DNA of 64,000 bases. Source: an uncultured Gemmatimonadaceae bacterium. Its GTDB lineage: Bacteria > Gemmatimonadota > Gemmatimonadetes > Gemmatimonadales > Gemmatimonadaceae. The first letter of the stretch is position 1; each line of letters opens with the position of its first letter. Location of the stretch: assembly GCA_963817955.1 (NCBI GenBank), contig CAWFQK010000005.1, positions 96,001-160,000 on the forward strand. Direction: 5' to 3'. Both the position numbers and the translations under genes were made by a program. The notes beneath the pieces are model-generated. The model saw only the letters and a list, made by a program, of their open reading frames with translations. It made no database searches and was not told where the DNA came from. Positions 1 to 10,842 of the stretch are shown here, piece by piece.

Positions 1-579
1 GAAGTGTTTGACTCGACGTGAAACGCGCCCGGTAGCCGGATCACGATGCGTTGCGAGAGTCGGATCGAGAATCGCCTCATTGTAGCAACCCGATGTCGGC
101 GTCTTGCAGTACAGGATGTTGTACGCCCCGTTCTGCGATGCGGCATGGTCGGTGAACGTCAACATCACCCATCCGGCCGGATCGGACGTCGGCACGAACC
201 GCAGCGGCGTTGTGAAGTCGACGTGCGCGTGACCGGTATTGTCGAGCCACGCCTTGACCCAGACGCTGGTGATGCTTGTCGCCATCTGGCAGGGCTTGTC
301 CCATTCCGTGGCCCCATACGTTGAAGTCACGGGATTGCACAGCGAGTGAGCCGGGATGTTGACGGTGTTTCCAGCGCCTAACCAGAACTGGTTATTCCGG
401 TTCGGGTCGACCGGGATAACGAAACGAAGTGTGTCCCACCCAGTGAGCGATTCTGTCGCGCCGCCGCCAGTCACCTCCGGTACTTGTGAGGCTTCGCTCT
501 TGGGTGCCACTGGTCCATCACTGCACGCGCCCAACAGTACGGCGACTGCGATCAGTCCAGCCCACCCTGTCTTAGTCAT
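1..579 (-). CDS. Hypothetical lipoprotein, 3' end runs off the window
   Basis: Not in the ORF track (no stop in window). ATG at 579 with GGAGG upstream; translates MTKTGWAGLIAVAVLLGAC (lipobox) and stays open to base 1 (...RRVKHF). Confidence 0.8.
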   Translation of the reverse strand, partial: MTKTGWAGLIAVAVLLGACSDGPVAPKSEASQVPEVTGGGATESLTGWDTLRFVIPVDPNRNNQFWLGAGNTVNIPAHSLCNPVTSTYGATEWDKPCQMATSITSVWVKAWLDNTGHAHVDFTTPLRFVPTSDPAGWVMLTFTDHAASQNGAYNILYCKTPTSGCYNEAILDPTLATHRDPATGRVSRRVKHF

Positions 580-758
580 CAAAGCCTCCGTCGGCAGTTG
601 ATTGTGGTACAACGCAGCACTCGTTACGCGTCGGTGCCGCGTACACTGTGCGACTCGGATTATCGGCTGACGGCAGCGGCGTTTAATTTTTTCGCGAACT
701 CTGCCACGAAACGTTCCAGACTGGAACGAACTGCATCAGGCCCAAGCCCCTGTACCGC

Positions 759-1148
759 ATGGACGCATCGAACGTCCCTGGACGTCCTTACACGTGCGTG
801 TACGACGGCACGTGCGCCGTCTGCACGCGCTTCTCGCGCGTGCTGCGTAGGTGGGACCGGCACGGACAGATCGAGGTGGTTCCGTCGCAGGCGCCGGGGG
901 TCGCGGCGCGCTTTCCCTGGATTTCCGCACGCGACTACGCCGAGGCGCTGCAGCTCATCGGCCCGGGCGGCCGTACTTGGCAGGGTGCGGAAGCAATCGA
1001 GAAGCTTCTCGAAGTGTTGCCGAACGGGAAGCTGGGGGGGTGGCTGTTCCGGATCCCGTTCGCGCGGACGTTCGCCGGTCGCTTCTATAAATGGTTTGCG
1101 CGCAACCGCTACAAGCTTGGTTGTGGCAAACACTGTCGGTCACGGTGA
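759..1148 (+). CDS. DCC1-like thiol-disulfide oxidoreductase (DUF393)
   Basis: N-terminal YDGTCAVC (DxxCxxC) and C-terminal YKWFARNRY typical of DUF393. Confidence 0.9.
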   Translation: MDASNVPGRPYTCVYDGTCAVCTRFSRVLRRWDRHGQIEVVPSQAPGVAARFPWISARDYAEALQLIGPGGRTWQGAEAIEKLLEVLPNGKLGGWLFRIPFARTFAGRFYKWFARNRYKLGCGKHCRSR

Positions 1149-1238
1149 GACACGTGTCCTGTTACATGGCCGACTCGTGTGTCGTCTTTTGCGTGCCTGG
1201 CGACGTTGCCTGCGCGTGCTTTCCGCGATCCCCGGTCG

Positions 1239-2321
1239 ATGTCAGTCTCAAAGAAACTCCTCTTCATTGTTGCGGTCGCGGCATGTACGCGCGCTCCGTC
1301 CGGCACCGTTACGTTCGGCGCGGCCGGCCCGTTCAGCCAGGCGTACGGCTTGGCCAATAAGCAGGGCATTCAGCTCGCCCTCGACGAGATCAACGCGTCG
1401 TGGGGCGCACAACGCCACCTCGAGATCATATTCGCCGACGATTCCGGGAATGGCGCGCGCGCCAGTACGATCGCGCAGGGCTTCGTGGACGACATGCGCA
1501 TCATGGCCGTTGTGGGGCATGTGAACTCCGGCGCCATGGTATCGGCCGCCCGCGTGTACGACACCCACCTCGCCGCCGTCGCGACCACCGCAACATCGCC
1601 GAGCCTCACCGGCATCTCACCCTGGGCGTTCCGGGTGATTCCGAGCGATTCCGCGAACGGCATGACGATCGCTCGCTTCGTCAACAAGCTTGGCCGCAAG
1701 CGGGCCGCGGTGCTCTACGAGAACAACGCATATGGACGGGGCCTCGCCGACAATTTCCGAGATAGTTTCGCCGGCCAGATCATCACGATTGATCCAATCG
1801 GCGAGAGCGCCGATCAGAACTTCGAGCCATATGTGAGCTGGTACAAACGCGAACACCCAGACGTGGTGTTCGTCGCCGGCACCGACGCAACGGGCCTCTC
1901 GTTTCTCAAGGAAGCGCGACGCCAGCAGCTCACCGCCGATCTCGTTGGGGGCGACGGCTGGCAGACGGTTGCGCCGAGTCCCCTCGCCGAGGGCGCATAC
2001 GTTGGCGCGCCGTTCAGCGCACAGGACCAGCGCCCCGAGGTACAGACATTCGTGGCTGCCTACAAGAAGCGATACAATACCACACCCGACGGCAACGCCG
2101 CGCTCGCGTATGATGCCACCAAGTTGTTGGCGAACGCGGTGGAGAAGGTTGGCGCGAACCGGAAGAAGATCCGCGATTATCTCGCGGGACTCACCGAGGC
2201 CGACGCATATCACGGCGTGACCGGGGTCATTCGCTTCCGCCCCGACGGAGATCCCGTCGGCAAAGGCATCGTGATAACGCGCGTGCATCAGGGCATGCTA
2301 CAGGTGGAGGCGAGCCAGTGA
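1239..2321 (+). CDS. Branched-chain amino acid type (LivJ/K-like) solute-binding lipoprotein
   Basis: Lipobox VAVAAC; motifs [35 protein letters not shown]. Start moved to the second ATG. Confidence 0.9.
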   Translation: MSVSKKLLFIVAVAACTRAPSGTVTFGAAGPFSQAYGLANKQGIQLALDEINASWGAQRHLEIIFADDSGNGARASTIAQGFVDDMRIMAVVGHVNSGAMVSAARVYDTHLAAVATTATSPSLTGISPWAFRVIPSDSANGMTIARFVNKLGRKRAAVLYENNAYGRGLADNFRDSFAGQIITIDPIGESADQNFEPYVSWYKREHPDVVFVAGTDATGLSFLKEARRQQLTADLVGGDGWQTVAPSPLAEGAYVGAPFSAQDQRPEVQTFVAAYKKRYNTTPDGNAALAYDATKLLANAVEKVGANRKKIRDYLAGLTEADAYHGVTGVIRFRPDGDPVGKGIVITRVHQGMLQVEASQ

Positions 2322-4027
2322 GCACCCTCGAGCGCCTCAAGCTGAAGACGATTCGCGGCCGCCTGTGGCTGGGCTTCGGCGTTCTCGTCGCGTTGCTCCT
2401 GGTCGCCGGTATCGTGGCACGTCGATCGTTCGCCGGAATGTCGGCGACGATCACGCAGTCGCTCACCGAGGTCCAGGCCGAAGCGCAGCTTTCCAGTCAG
2501 TTGTCAGCCGACGCAGCAAAGACCATCGAGGCGGGCGCCCGATATCTCGAGACGCGTGACAGCACGGCACAGAACGCCTTTCGTAAATTCGGCTGGGCGG
2601 CGCACGACATACAGCACCAGATGAATGAACGGCCGAACCAATCGGCCGGTGAAGTCGCGATGGTTGCGACGATCGACAACAAGTTGTCGGCGATGGAAGT
2701 GAGCTACGCGCTCGCGCATCGCCTGACTGATCTCGGGCGCATGGATGATGCGCGCAAAGCAGCGGCCCAGGCGCGCGGCTCGATTGACGATCTTCTCGAC
2801 AACATCGAACGGCTCGGCGCCTTGAAGGCGCAGAAGGTGGCGGTGGCCAAGCGGGAGCTCGCAGCGGAGGCCGATCGGCGTTCGAGCTGGCTGCTCCTGC
2901 TCATCGGCGCGGCCCTCGTGTTTGGGATTCTCGTGGTGATGTACACCGTGCGAGGCATTGGAGAGCCGCTCGACGCACTCGTACAGCACGCTCGGCGGCT
3001 GAGCGAGGGCGACCTCACGAGCCGCGCGCAGACCGACATGCCGGGCGAGTTCGCCATTCTCGCTTCGGCCATGAATCAGACTGGGGAATCGCTGTCGCGG
3101 GTTGTCGGGGTCGCGGCCCGCACGGCGGAGGAAGTCTCGAGCTCGGCGCACGACCTGGCATCCGTCTCGGAGCAGATCTCGCTCTCGGCCGGCCAGATGG
3201 CAAGCGCCATGACCGACGTCTCCCATGGCGCCGAAATCCAGGTGCAGCAACTCCGCACGGTAGACGAAACGCTTCAGGTGATTCGTGAAGCCGCCGACGG
3301 CGTGAAGAAGCGTTCAGCAGAGGTCACCGATCTGGCGCGCAGCATCGAAGGCGTTGCCCAGGCGAAACGTCTGGAGATCGATCGGGCACTTGGGATTCTC
3401 GTGGACGTGAAGCACAGCGTCGAGGGTGCGGCAGGGGAGATCCGCGCGCTCAATATCACGGTGACCGACATCAACCGCTTCGTGGTTTCCGTCGGCCAGA
3501 TTGCCGACCAGACGAATCTTCTGGCGCTCAATGCAGCGATCGAGGCGGCGCGCGCCGGCGATGCGGGCCGCGGATTTGCCGTGGTCGCCGACGAAGTGCG
3601 GAAACTGGCCGAGCAATCGCAGAAGGCCGCCGATGACATCGTCCAGATGACGGGCGCCGTCACGTCGCGCGTAACATCGAGCGCGCGCGCCATGGAGACA
3701 AGTGCCGGTCGTGTCGGCGAGATTGAAACGGTCTCGCGCGACATTGACGGTGCGCTCCACACGATTACCGAAGCAGCCAGACGGACCCGCATTGCCGCCG
3801 TCGGCGTGACCAGCGCCGCCGAAGCCAATGCCCACACCGTGATCAGCGTTGCGAGCAGTCTCGAGTCTATCGCCAGGACTGCCGAAAGCCACGCCGCGGC
3901 TGCCCAAGAGGTGAACGCGTCGACGCAGGAACAGTCGGCTGCCTGCGAACAGATGACGTCTGCCAGCAACGTGCTGCTGCACGGGTCGACGCAGCTGAAG
4001 GCGCTTGTCGGCGGCCTGAGGACGTGA
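2318..4027 (+). CDS. Methyl-accepting chemotaxis protein (2 TM, periplasmic helical sensor, HAMP)
   Basis: MCP hairpin [42 protein letters not shown] overlap with the upstream gene. Confidence 0.95.
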   Translation: MSTLERLKLKTIRGRLWLGFGVLVALLLVAGIVARRSFAGMSATITQSLTEVQAEAQLSSQLSADAAKTIEAGARYLETRDSTAQNAFRKFGWAAHDIQHQMNERPNQSAGEVAMVATIDNKLSAMEVSYALAHRLTDLGRMDDARKAAAQARGSIDDLLDNIERLGALKAQKVAVAKRELAAEADRRSSWLLLLIGAALVFGILVVMYTVRGIGEPLDALVQHARRLSEGDLTSRAQTDMPGEFAILASAMNQTGESLSRVVGVAARTAEEVSSSAHDLASVSEQISLSAGQMASAMTDVSHGAEIQVQQLRTVDETLQVIREAADGVKKRSAEVTDLARSIEGVAQAKRLEIDRALGILVDVKHSVEGAAGEIRALNITVTDINRFVVSVGQIADQTNLLALNAAIEAARAGDAGRGFAVVADEVRKLAEQSQKAADDIVQMTGAVTSRVTSSARAMETSAGRVGEIETVSRDIDGALHTITEAARRTRIAAVGVTSAAEANAHTVISVASSLESIARTAESHAAAAQEVNASTQEQSAACEQMTSASNVLLHGSTQLKALVGGLRT

Positions 4028-4063
4028 GAGCGGCTCGACGTTACTGACCTTGGCGAAGGTCAG

Positions 4064-4098
4064 GGGGATGGGGGATGGGGGATGGGGGACGGGGGACA
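4064..4098. repeat. Heptamer tandem repeat (GGGGATG-like x5)
   Basis: ggggatg x3, ggggacg, ggggaca. Confidence 0.85.
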
Positions 4099-4114
4099 CG
4101 CGACAACGGACCCC

Positions 4115-4160
4115 TGTCATTCTGAGCGACCCTGTTATCCTGAGCGAAGCGAAGGATCTC
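4115..4160 (+). repeat. REP-like element (partial copy followed by full copy)
   Basis: tgtcattctgagcga, then tgttatcctgagcgaagcgaaggatctc (4133-4160); matches copies at 6146 and 61589. Confidence 0.8.
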
Positions 4161-4293
4161 TGCGAACGGCGGGCCGACGGGATGGCTGGTCGTGGCCAGG
4201 CAGGCGCAACGCGCCGGACTCAGTCTCAACGGTTCGCGCTGTTCCCGCCGCCAGCGCTGAACATCGGACAAAGCAGTATTTGAGAGGGGAGGA

Positions 4294-4327
4294 ACGCGAA
4301 CGGCCGCCCGAGGGCGGCCGTTCGCGT
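4294..4327. terminator. Hairpin downstream of the minus-strand gene ending at 4361
   Basis: Perfect 16-bp inverted repeat acgcgaacggccgccc / gggcggccgttcgcgt. Confidence 0.65.
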
Positions 4328-4360
4328 GTACTGCGGGGTGTGACCTACTGGTGCGGCGTG

Positions 4361-4898
4361 TTACACCGCCGGCAACTGCGAGGCCGGAGGTGGTGGTGCT
4401 GCCGGCGGTGTTGCTGGCGCCGCCGTAGTGCCCTGCGTAGTGCCTTGCGTGGTACTGCCCTGCGTCGTGCCCTGCGTACTGCCCGGCGGCGTGGCATCCG
4501 CTGGTGCCGCGCTCGCGCGAGCGCCGATCTTGATGCCCGGCTTGCGCGCAACGCGCTTCGCCGTGGTCCAGGCCGCCTGCAGGCCGGCATCGGCGCCGAT
4601 CAACGGCAGCAGCAAGCCGTTGAGTACCGTGATGATGGTGCGACCACGCCGCTCCTCGGCCGCCAGCGATGCCGTCGCCCCGCTTCGGACCACGGTTTGC
4701 CCCGATCGCCCATCTATGACGTCCTGCAGCGCCTGCGCGGAGGCCTGCAACCGCGCGAGGAAATCCGCCGGAAGCCCGTTAGCCGTGAACACCGCCACGT
4801 GGCGCGCCGCGGCCTCGCCCATTGCTGCCGCCGCGGCGAGCAGTCGCGTCGTCGATGCGGCGGAGCGCTTCGAGCATACTACCTTCGTGGTATTTCAT
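4361..4898 (-). pseudogene. Hypothetical helical protein gene, apparently frameshifted or internally deleted
   Basis: GGAGG-preceded ATG at 4898 (MKYHEGSMLEALRRI...) is out of frame with the protein-like body (ASTTRLLAAAAAMGEAAARHVAVFTANGLPADF...) ending at 4361. Confidence 0.55.
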
Positions 4899-4981
4899 GT
4901 GGCCTCCCGGCCAACGGGGCGCCGAAAGAGAGCTGCCCCCGACGGGCGCCCGACGCGCCGGGGTCGAAAAACGGGAACATC

Positions 4982-6010
4982 CGCCTCGAGCGGTTGCGGT
5001 GTGGTCTTGGGGAGTTGCGCTGTGGTCTTGAGGAGTTGCGATATCGTCTCGGAGAATTGGGGTGTCGTCTCAGAGAGTTGGGGTGCCGCCTCAGCGAGGT
5101 GAGGTGTCGTCTCGGAGAGTTGGGGGGCCGCCTCAGCGAGGTGGCGTGGCAGCTCGAGGCGTTGGGATCCCGTCTCAAGGCGTTGGGGTGCCCGCTCGAC
5201 GAGTTACGATCCCAGCTCGACGAGTTGGAGTGCTCTCTCGCCGCACTCCGATTGCGTCTCGGCGAGTTCGGATTCCAGCTCGACGCGCCGGGGTGCCGTC
5301 TCGCCGCGTTCCGATTGTGTCTCGACGAGTTGGAGTGCCGTCTCGCCGCGCTCCGATTGTGTCTCGACGAGTTGGAGTGCCGTCTCGCCGCGCTCCGATT
5401 GTGTCTCGACGAGTTGGAGTGCCGTCTCGCCGCGCTCCGATTGTGTCTCGGCGAGTTGGAGTGCCGTCTCGCCGCGCTCCGATTGTGTCTCGGCGAGTTG
5501 GGGTGCCGTCTCTGCACGCAAGAGAGCCGTCTCGCGGCGATGCGATGCGATCTCGACGCGATCGCATCCCTCCTCGGCAAGTTGCAATGCCTGCTCGGCA
5601 CGCGAGGATCCTGGCTCACCGCGCTGGGATCCTTGCTCGCCGCGTTACGATTCCGTCTCGACGCGCAACGATCCCTGCTTGATCCGTTGCGATTCCGTCT
5701 CGACGCGCAACGATCCTTGCTTGATCTGTTGGGATTCCGTCTGGGCAGGCGACGATCCCAGCTTGGCGCGTTGCGATCCTATCTTGGCGCGCGACGATCC
5801 CTGCTTGACGCGTTGCGATGCCATCTCGCCGCGTTAGGATCCCATCTCGACACGATCGAATCCCATCTCGACACGATCGAATCCCATCTCGACACGATCG
5901 AATTCCATCTCACCACGATCGATCCCGTCTCGACCCATTCGCATTCGAAGCGTGTCAGGATCGATCCCGTCTCGACCCATTCGCATTCGATGTGTGGCAC
6001 GAGCGATCCC
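4982..6010. repeat. Degenerate 21-nt-period array with a 42-bp x5 core (5293-5512)
   Basis: Unit gtgccgtctcgccgcgctccgattgtgtctcg(a/g)cgagttgga at 5293, 5335, 5377, 5419, 5461; atcccatctcgacacgatcga copies near 5839-5920; gtctcg/gctcg recurs every 21 nt. Confidence 0.95.
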
Positions 6011-6145
6011 GTCTCGCGCCCGCTCGTCCCACATTGATCATAGTCCTATATATTAGTTCCGAAATTGGGGGGTCAGCGCAAGGGCCAATGTGACCGATTG
6101 GCCAAAACCGACATGTTTTGAGCGTTTCGGCGTTAGTAGATAGTA

Positions 6146-6173
6146 GAGATCCTTCGCTTCGCTCAGGATGACA
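6146..6173 (-). repeat. REP-like element, inverted relative to the 4133 copy
   Basis: Reverse complement is tgtcatcctgagcgaagcgaaggatctc. Confidence 0.85.
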
Positions 6174-6242
6174 GGCTTGCCGTGTCCCGTGTCTCTCTCC
6201 TCACCAGACCTTCGCGACGCTCGACATTCGGCCCTGGTGCCA

Positions 6243-6283
6243 AGGAAAAGGCCGGAGCGACGCACTCGCTCCGGCCTTTTCCT
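6243..6283 (-). terminator. Intrinsic (possibly bidirectional) terminator
   Basis: aggaaaaggccggagcga-cgcac-tcgctccggccttttcct, just after the M28 gene stop. Confidence 0.8.
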
Positions 6284-6316
6284 CATTCGTGAACGTCTAG
6301 CGTCTCACTACGCCAC

Positions 6317-8107
6317 TTACTGCTGGCACCGCGCCTTCGGATCGCCGGCGGGCTTGTCGACTGCCGGCCGATGATCGAGATCGGCGACATACGTCCCGAG
6401 CTTGAACATGAAGTTGCCGATCTTCGCCATGTGCGGGTAGTCGATGTACTCCGGCTCATCCGTCACCTGGTGATAATCGCCGTGCAGACCGGTCGTGACG
6501 AACACGATCGGAATGCCATAGCGCGCATAATTGAAGTGATCGCTGCGGCAGTAAATGTTGTCCGGATGGCCGTTGGCATCGAACTGATAGTCGAGCTTGA
6601 ACGGCGCCTTTTCCTGGTTGTTGATCTTCTCGAAAATGTCACCGAGCTCCGTCGATACACGGCGTGAGCCGACAAGCTGCAAGTAGGTCGGCCCACCCTC
6701 GAACAGATCTGACGCCGCACCACGACCGACCATGTCCATGTTGAGCTGCGCGACAATCGACTCGCGCGGCACCGGCGGATGATCGGTCACGTACTGCGAG
6801 CCCCATAATCCCTTCTCTTCGGCAACGTGCCAGACGAAGAGTACCGACCGCTTCGTCTTCGGCTTGTCCTTCGCGAACCGCTCGGCGATCTCGAGGAGCG
6901 TCACCGTGCCCGAGCCGTCGTCGTCTGCACCGTTGCTGATCGAATCAATCCGAATACCGCCGTTCACCTTCCGCACGCTGTCGAGATTGATGTGGATCGC
7001 GGCGATCTGTGCGTTCAGCGAATCGAGGTGCGCCTGCTGGGCCGGCGCCGCCGGGCTGCAGTTCGCCTGCTGACGCCCGCCGCAAATCTTGTTCTGCAGA
7101 TTGAAGAGCGCGATGCGCTCGCGAATCGGATACGCCTGCTCGGCGTACAGGTGCAGCGAGTCGTGGTCGACACCGCCCGTTGCGCGGATGCCAATGTGGT
7201 CGTTGTGGGCGCCCATCGCCACCCATTCGTTCTTGAGCTTCGGGTCGCTGCCGATATACCCGGCGATGACGTTGCGCGCTGGCGCATCAGCGTCGATGAA
7301 CTTGATGTTGGCGCTCAGCGTTTTGCCGGCGGTACCGCGGGCCATTCCGGCGAGCGGTGCGCCAAGCAACTGCTCCGCGGCGTGCCGGGTAATCGTCACC
7401 GTCGGCGCCGTCGCGGGCTCTGCCGGGTCGGGCGTCAACTGGACGGCACCCTCCCGCGGATGCAACGCTGTGTTCACGAGCGCCGGCGTGAGTTGATCGA
7501 CAACCGTGATTGTCGCCGCTGGGCCATTCGCCCCAGCACCACGCCCCGGGCCCGCGCCCCCGCGCCCACCGCGCGCTCCACCTCGACCGCCACGCCCCGT
7601 GGCCGCCGGCTGCTCGTACAACACGATCTTGCCGTGCATCTGATCGGGTGTCAGCGCGTTCGTGGTGTCGCCGAGCACGCCACCGAACACGACCGGCGCC
7701 GATGCAAACGCCCCGACATTTCCACGGCCGGCGCTGGCCACGAAGTCCGTTCCCGCGTGCAACGTCACGCCATCAGCCGTGATCGTGGAATTCTGATCGA
7801 GCGACCGGCGAATCACCGGCACCTTCTGGAAATACGTGCCGTTGTCGCCCATTGGCTTGAGGCCAAGAGCCTTCAACTGCGCGGCGATATACGCAGTGGA
7901 CTTGACGTGTCCGCGCGTTCCAGTCTCACGGCCTTCCATGGAATCGGCCGCGTAGATGTACAGTCGGGTCTTCAAATCGGCCGCGGATATGGCTGCAGCC
8001 GTCGGTTGCGGAGTGTGCGTCCGCGGCTGTGACTTCGGATTTTGCGCGGCGGCAAGCGCCGGCAGTCCGAGCACCGCGGCGCCCAGGACATGAGAGAATC
8101 GCTTCAC
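6317..8107 (-). CDS. Secreted M28 family metallopeptidase with PA-like region
   Basis: [43 protein letters not shown] motifs; signal peptide from GTG at 8107. Confidence 0.92.
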   Translation of the reverse strand: MKRFSHVLGAAVLGLPALAAAQNPKSQPRTHTPQPTAAAISAADLKTRLYIYAADSMEGRETGTRGHVKSTAYIAAQLKALGLKPMGDNGTYFQKVPVIRRSLDQNSTITADGVTLHAGTDFVASAGRGNVGAFASAPVVFGGVLGDTTNALTPDQMHGKIVLYEQPAATGRGGRGGARGGRGGAGPGRGAGANGPAATITVVDQLTPALVNTALHPREGAVQLTPDPAEPATAPTVTITRHAAEQLLGAPLAGMARGTAGKTLSANIKFIDADAPARNVIAGYIGSDPKLKNEWVAMGAHNDHIGIRATGGVDHDSLHLYAEQAYPIRERIALFNLQNKICGGRQQANCSPAAPAQQAHLDSLNAQIAAIHINLDSVRKVNGGIRIDSISNGADDDGSGTVTLLEIAERFAKDKPKTKRSVLFVWHVAEEKGLWGSQYVTDHPPVPRESIVAQLNMDMVGRGAASDLFEGGPTYLQLVGSRRVSTELGDIFEKINNQEKAPFKLDYQFDANGHPDNIYCRSDHFNYARYGIPIVFVTTGLHGDYHQVTDEPEYIDYPHMAKIGNFMFKLGTYVADLDHRPAVDKPAGDPKARCQQ

Positions 8108-8278
8108 GATGTACCCGTCGTATGAGGAGGGAGGGTCGTCTGACAGGATCAATCTATTTTCTGTACGCGGCTCGCGGAGGGGGTGCTGCATCATTCAGCC
8201 ATTGCGACACCCGGGCGGACCGTCGAGCTTCGAGTGACACCACGACCCGACCAACGCTTTCCGCCCCCAAAACGCTCC

Positions 8279-9400
8279 ATGCGCCTGGAAACTCTCGCCG
8301 TGCACGCCGGCCACGAGGTCGACCCCTCGACCGCTGCCGTCACTCCGCCAATTCATCTCTCGACGACCTATGCCCGCGAGGCCGATGGCTCCTATCGCGC
8401 CGGATTTCTCTATTCCCGATACGCGAATCCGAATCGCGCGGCGCTCGAGCAGTGTCTCGCGCTGCTCGAGGGAGGCGAAGCGGCAGCCGCGTTTTCGTCC
8501 GGTTCCGCGGCGACGATGACGCTCCTCCAAGCGATTGGACCCGGTTCCCACATCGTCGCGCCCGACGACGCGTACTTCGGCACCACCAAGCTGGTCCGCG
8601 ACGTCTTCGGCCCCTGGGGGGTGGAGCTGTCTGCCGTGGACATGACGGACCTGGCGAATGTGCGCGGAGCCATGCGCTCGAACACGAAACTCGTCTGGGT
8701 GGAAACTCCATCCAATCCGCTACTACAGGTAGTAGACATCGCGGCCATCGCCCAGATCGCACACGACGGCGGGGCAATCTGCGCGGTAGACAACACCTGG
8801 GGCACGCCAGTGCTTCAGCGGCCACTGGACATCGGGGCCGATGTCTCGATGCACGCAACCACCAAGTACCTCGGCGGTCACAGCGACGTGCTTGGCGGTG
8901 CGCTCGTTCACAAACGGAGCGACGAGCTGTTCCAGCGCGTGAACTCCATTCAGATGACGGGCGGCGCTGTGCCGTCGCCCTTCGACTGCTGGCTCACCAT
9001 GCGCGGTATCCGCACCCTTCCCTTGCGCGTGCAGGCACAGAGTGCCAGTGCGCTCCTACTGGCCGAATTCCTGGCCGGGCACCCACGCGTAGAAGCGGTG
9101 CACTATCCCGGGTTGCCGTCGCACGCCGCACACGACATCGCCGTGCGGCAGATGAGCGCCTTTGGTGGCATGCTGTCGGTTCAGGTCGGGCTCGACCGCG
9201 TCGAGTCGATACGCATCGCCAGCGCGCTCCAACTGTTTACACAGGCCACCAGCCTCGGTGGAACGGAGAGCCTCGTCGAACATCGCGCTTCTGTGGAAGG
9301 GCCGGGCACGCGCGCGCCAGAGAATCTGTTGCGCGTCTCGGTCGGCCTGGAGCACATCGAGGATCTGAAAGCCGACTTCGCGCAGGCGCTCGGCCACTAA
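8279..9400 (+). CDS. Cys/Met metabolism PLP enzyme (cystathionine gamma-synthase/lyase)
   Basis: [38 protein letters not shown]. Confidence 0.93.
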   Translation: MRLETLAVHAGHEVDPSTAAVTPPIHLSTTYAREADGSYRAGFLYSRYANPNRAALEQCLALLEGGEAAAAFSSGSAATMTLLQAIGPGSHIVAPDDAYFGTTKLVRDVFGPWGVELSAVDMTDLANVRGAMRSNTKLVWVETPSNPLLQVVDIAAIAQIAHDGGAICAVDNTWGTPVLQRPLDIGADVSMHATTKYLGGHSDVLGGALVHKRSDELFQRVNSIQMTGGAVPSPFDCWLTMRGIRTLPLRVQAQSASALLLAEFLAGHPRVEAVHYPGLPSHAAHDIAVRQMSAFGGMLSVQVGLDRVESIRIASALQLFTQATSLGGTESLVEHRASVEGPGTRAPENLLRVSVGLEHIEDLKADFAQALGH

Positions 9401-10098
9401 TGCCCGCCGGCGTCTTGCTCCTGAGCGGAGGCCTCGATTCGACGACATTGCTCGCAATCGCTCGACAGGATGGCTTCGACGTGCACGCACTCACCTTTCG
9501 GTACGGTCAGCGCCACGTCACAGAGATCGAGGCATCGCGCCGCGTGGCGTCGGAGTTTGGCGTACGCGACCACGTCGTGGTGGACATCGACCTGCGCACA
9601 TTCGGCGGCTCCGCGCTGACGAGCGACGTCGCCGTGCCGAAAGATCGCGACATGAGCGCCACCGCAGAGACCGGCATACCGATCACGTACGTGCCGGCGC
9701 GCAACACGATCTTTTTATCCTTCGCGCTCGCCTTCGCCGAGGTGCTCGAGGCACGCGACATCTTCATTGGCGTGAACGCGCTGGACTACTCCGGCTATCC
9801 AGACTGCCGGCCCGAGTACATCGCCGCGTACGAACGAATGGCGAACCTCGCGACGCGCGGCGGCGTGGAGGGCACGAGCCCGATTCAGATTCACACGCCA
9901 CTGATCGACCTCACGAAGGCGCAGATCATTCGCCGCGGCCTTGATCTTGGCGTGGACTATTCGATCACCCAGAGCTGTTACGACCCGGACGCTACCGGGG
10001 CGGCCTGCGGTCATTGCGATGCGTGCCAGCTTCGGCTCAAAGGGTTTGCCGAGGCCGGAGTGCCTGATCCCGGACGGTATATTTCGGGCAAGCGGTAG
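9400..10098 (+). CDS. queC: 7-cyano-7-deazaguanine synthase
   Basis: SGGLDS, YGQRH, TYVPARN, YPDCRP, SCY...CGHCDAC; TAATG coupling to the upstream gene. It is the C-terminal part of track ORF 8029..10098. Confidence 0.97.
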   Translation: MPAGVLLLSGGLDSTTLLAIARQDGFDVHALTFRYGQRHVTEIEASRRVASEFGVRDHVVVDIDLRTFGGSALTSDVAVPKDRDMSATAETGIPITYVPARNTIFLSFALAFAEVLEARDIFIGVNALDYSGYPDCRPEYIAAYERMANLATRGGVEGTSPIQIHTPLIDLTKAQIIRRGLDLGVDYSITQSCYDPDATGAACGHCDACQLRLKGFAEAGVPDPGRYISGKR

Positions 10099-10105
10099 AC
10101 GACAC

Positions 10106-10738
10106 ATGTATACGGTCAAGGAAATCTTTCTCACGCTCCAGGGCGAAGGCGCGAATGTCGGGCGCGCGGCGGTCTTTTGCCGCTTCTCCGGCTGCAACCT
10201 CTGGACTGGGCGGGAGGAAGACCGGGCGAGCGCGGTCTGCGACTTCTGCGACACGGATTTCGTGGGCGTAGGCCCGGATGGAGGCAAGTTCGCGACCGCC
10301 GAGGCACTCGCTGAGGCCGTCGCGTCGCGTTGGCCGAGCGGCGACCATGCGCAGCGTCTGGTCGTATGCACGGGCGGCGAACCGCTCCTCCAACTCGATG
10401 CGGAAGCTGTTGGCGCGTTACACTTCCATGGCTTTGAGGTTGCCGTGGAGACGAACGGGACTCAGGAAGCGCCGCTCCGGCTTGATTGGATTTGTGTCAG
10501 CCCCAAGGCGCGCGCGCCACAGATAGTGTTGCGGAAGGGCAACGAACTCAAGCTTGTCTATCCACAACCAGGCGTCGATCCGGCACAGTACGAAGCCCTC
10601 GATTTCACGAATTTGTTTCTGCAGCCAATGGATGGGCCTTCCCTCGCCGAAAACACTCGAGCTGCAATGGAGTATTGCCTGGCGCACCCGCGTTGGCGAC
10701 TGAGCGTCCAAGCGCATAAGGTGCTTGGGATTAGGTAA
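10106..10738 (+). CDS. queE: 7-carboxy-7-deazaguanine synthase (radical SAM, CX14CX2C type)
   Basis: EIFLTLQGEG, C-NLWTGREEDRASAV-CDFC, TGGEP, ETNGT, VSPK. Confidence 0.96.
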   Translation: MYTVKEIFLTLQGEGANVGRAAVFCRFSGCNLWTGREEDRASAVCDFCDTDFVGVGPDGGKFATAEALAEAVASRWPSGDHAQRLVVCTGGEPLLQLDAEAVGALHFHGFEVAVETNGTQEAPLRLDWICVSPKARAPQIVLRKGNELKLVYPQPGVDPAQYEALDFTNLFLQPMDGPSLAENTRAAMEYCLAHPRWRLSVQAHKVLGIR

Positions 10739-10813
10739 AGCCGCGCCCGCGGATAAGCGTCACCGTCCCCCCATGATGTTCGCCACCGTTGCGTCCGATA
10801 CTCGCCTGTATTC

Positions 10814-10842
10814 TTGACGCTACCGCTGGGGCGGCTTAGACT
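10814..10842 (+). promoter_or_regulatory. sigma70-type promoter
   Basis: TTGACG-17 nt-TAGACT. Confidence 0.65.

Noticed and set aside
5293..5512. CRISPR array
   Set aside because: Units are contiguous tandem copies with no unique spacers, and there are no cas genes.
4082..6037. 651-aa plus-strand ORF as one real gene
   Set aside because: It starts in heptamer/REP DNA, runs antisense through another gene and uses TTG/TTA heavily; only its repeat part is kept as a hypothesis.
8029..10098. 689-aa QueC fusion protein
   Set aside because: The N-terminal part is an off-frame reading of the lyase gene; QueC starts at 9400.
9400..10738. Dpd or Qat-type deazaguanine defence system
   Set aside because: No dpdA/tgt-like, helicase, nuclease or TatD genes nearby; both proteins look like standard queuosine enzymes.
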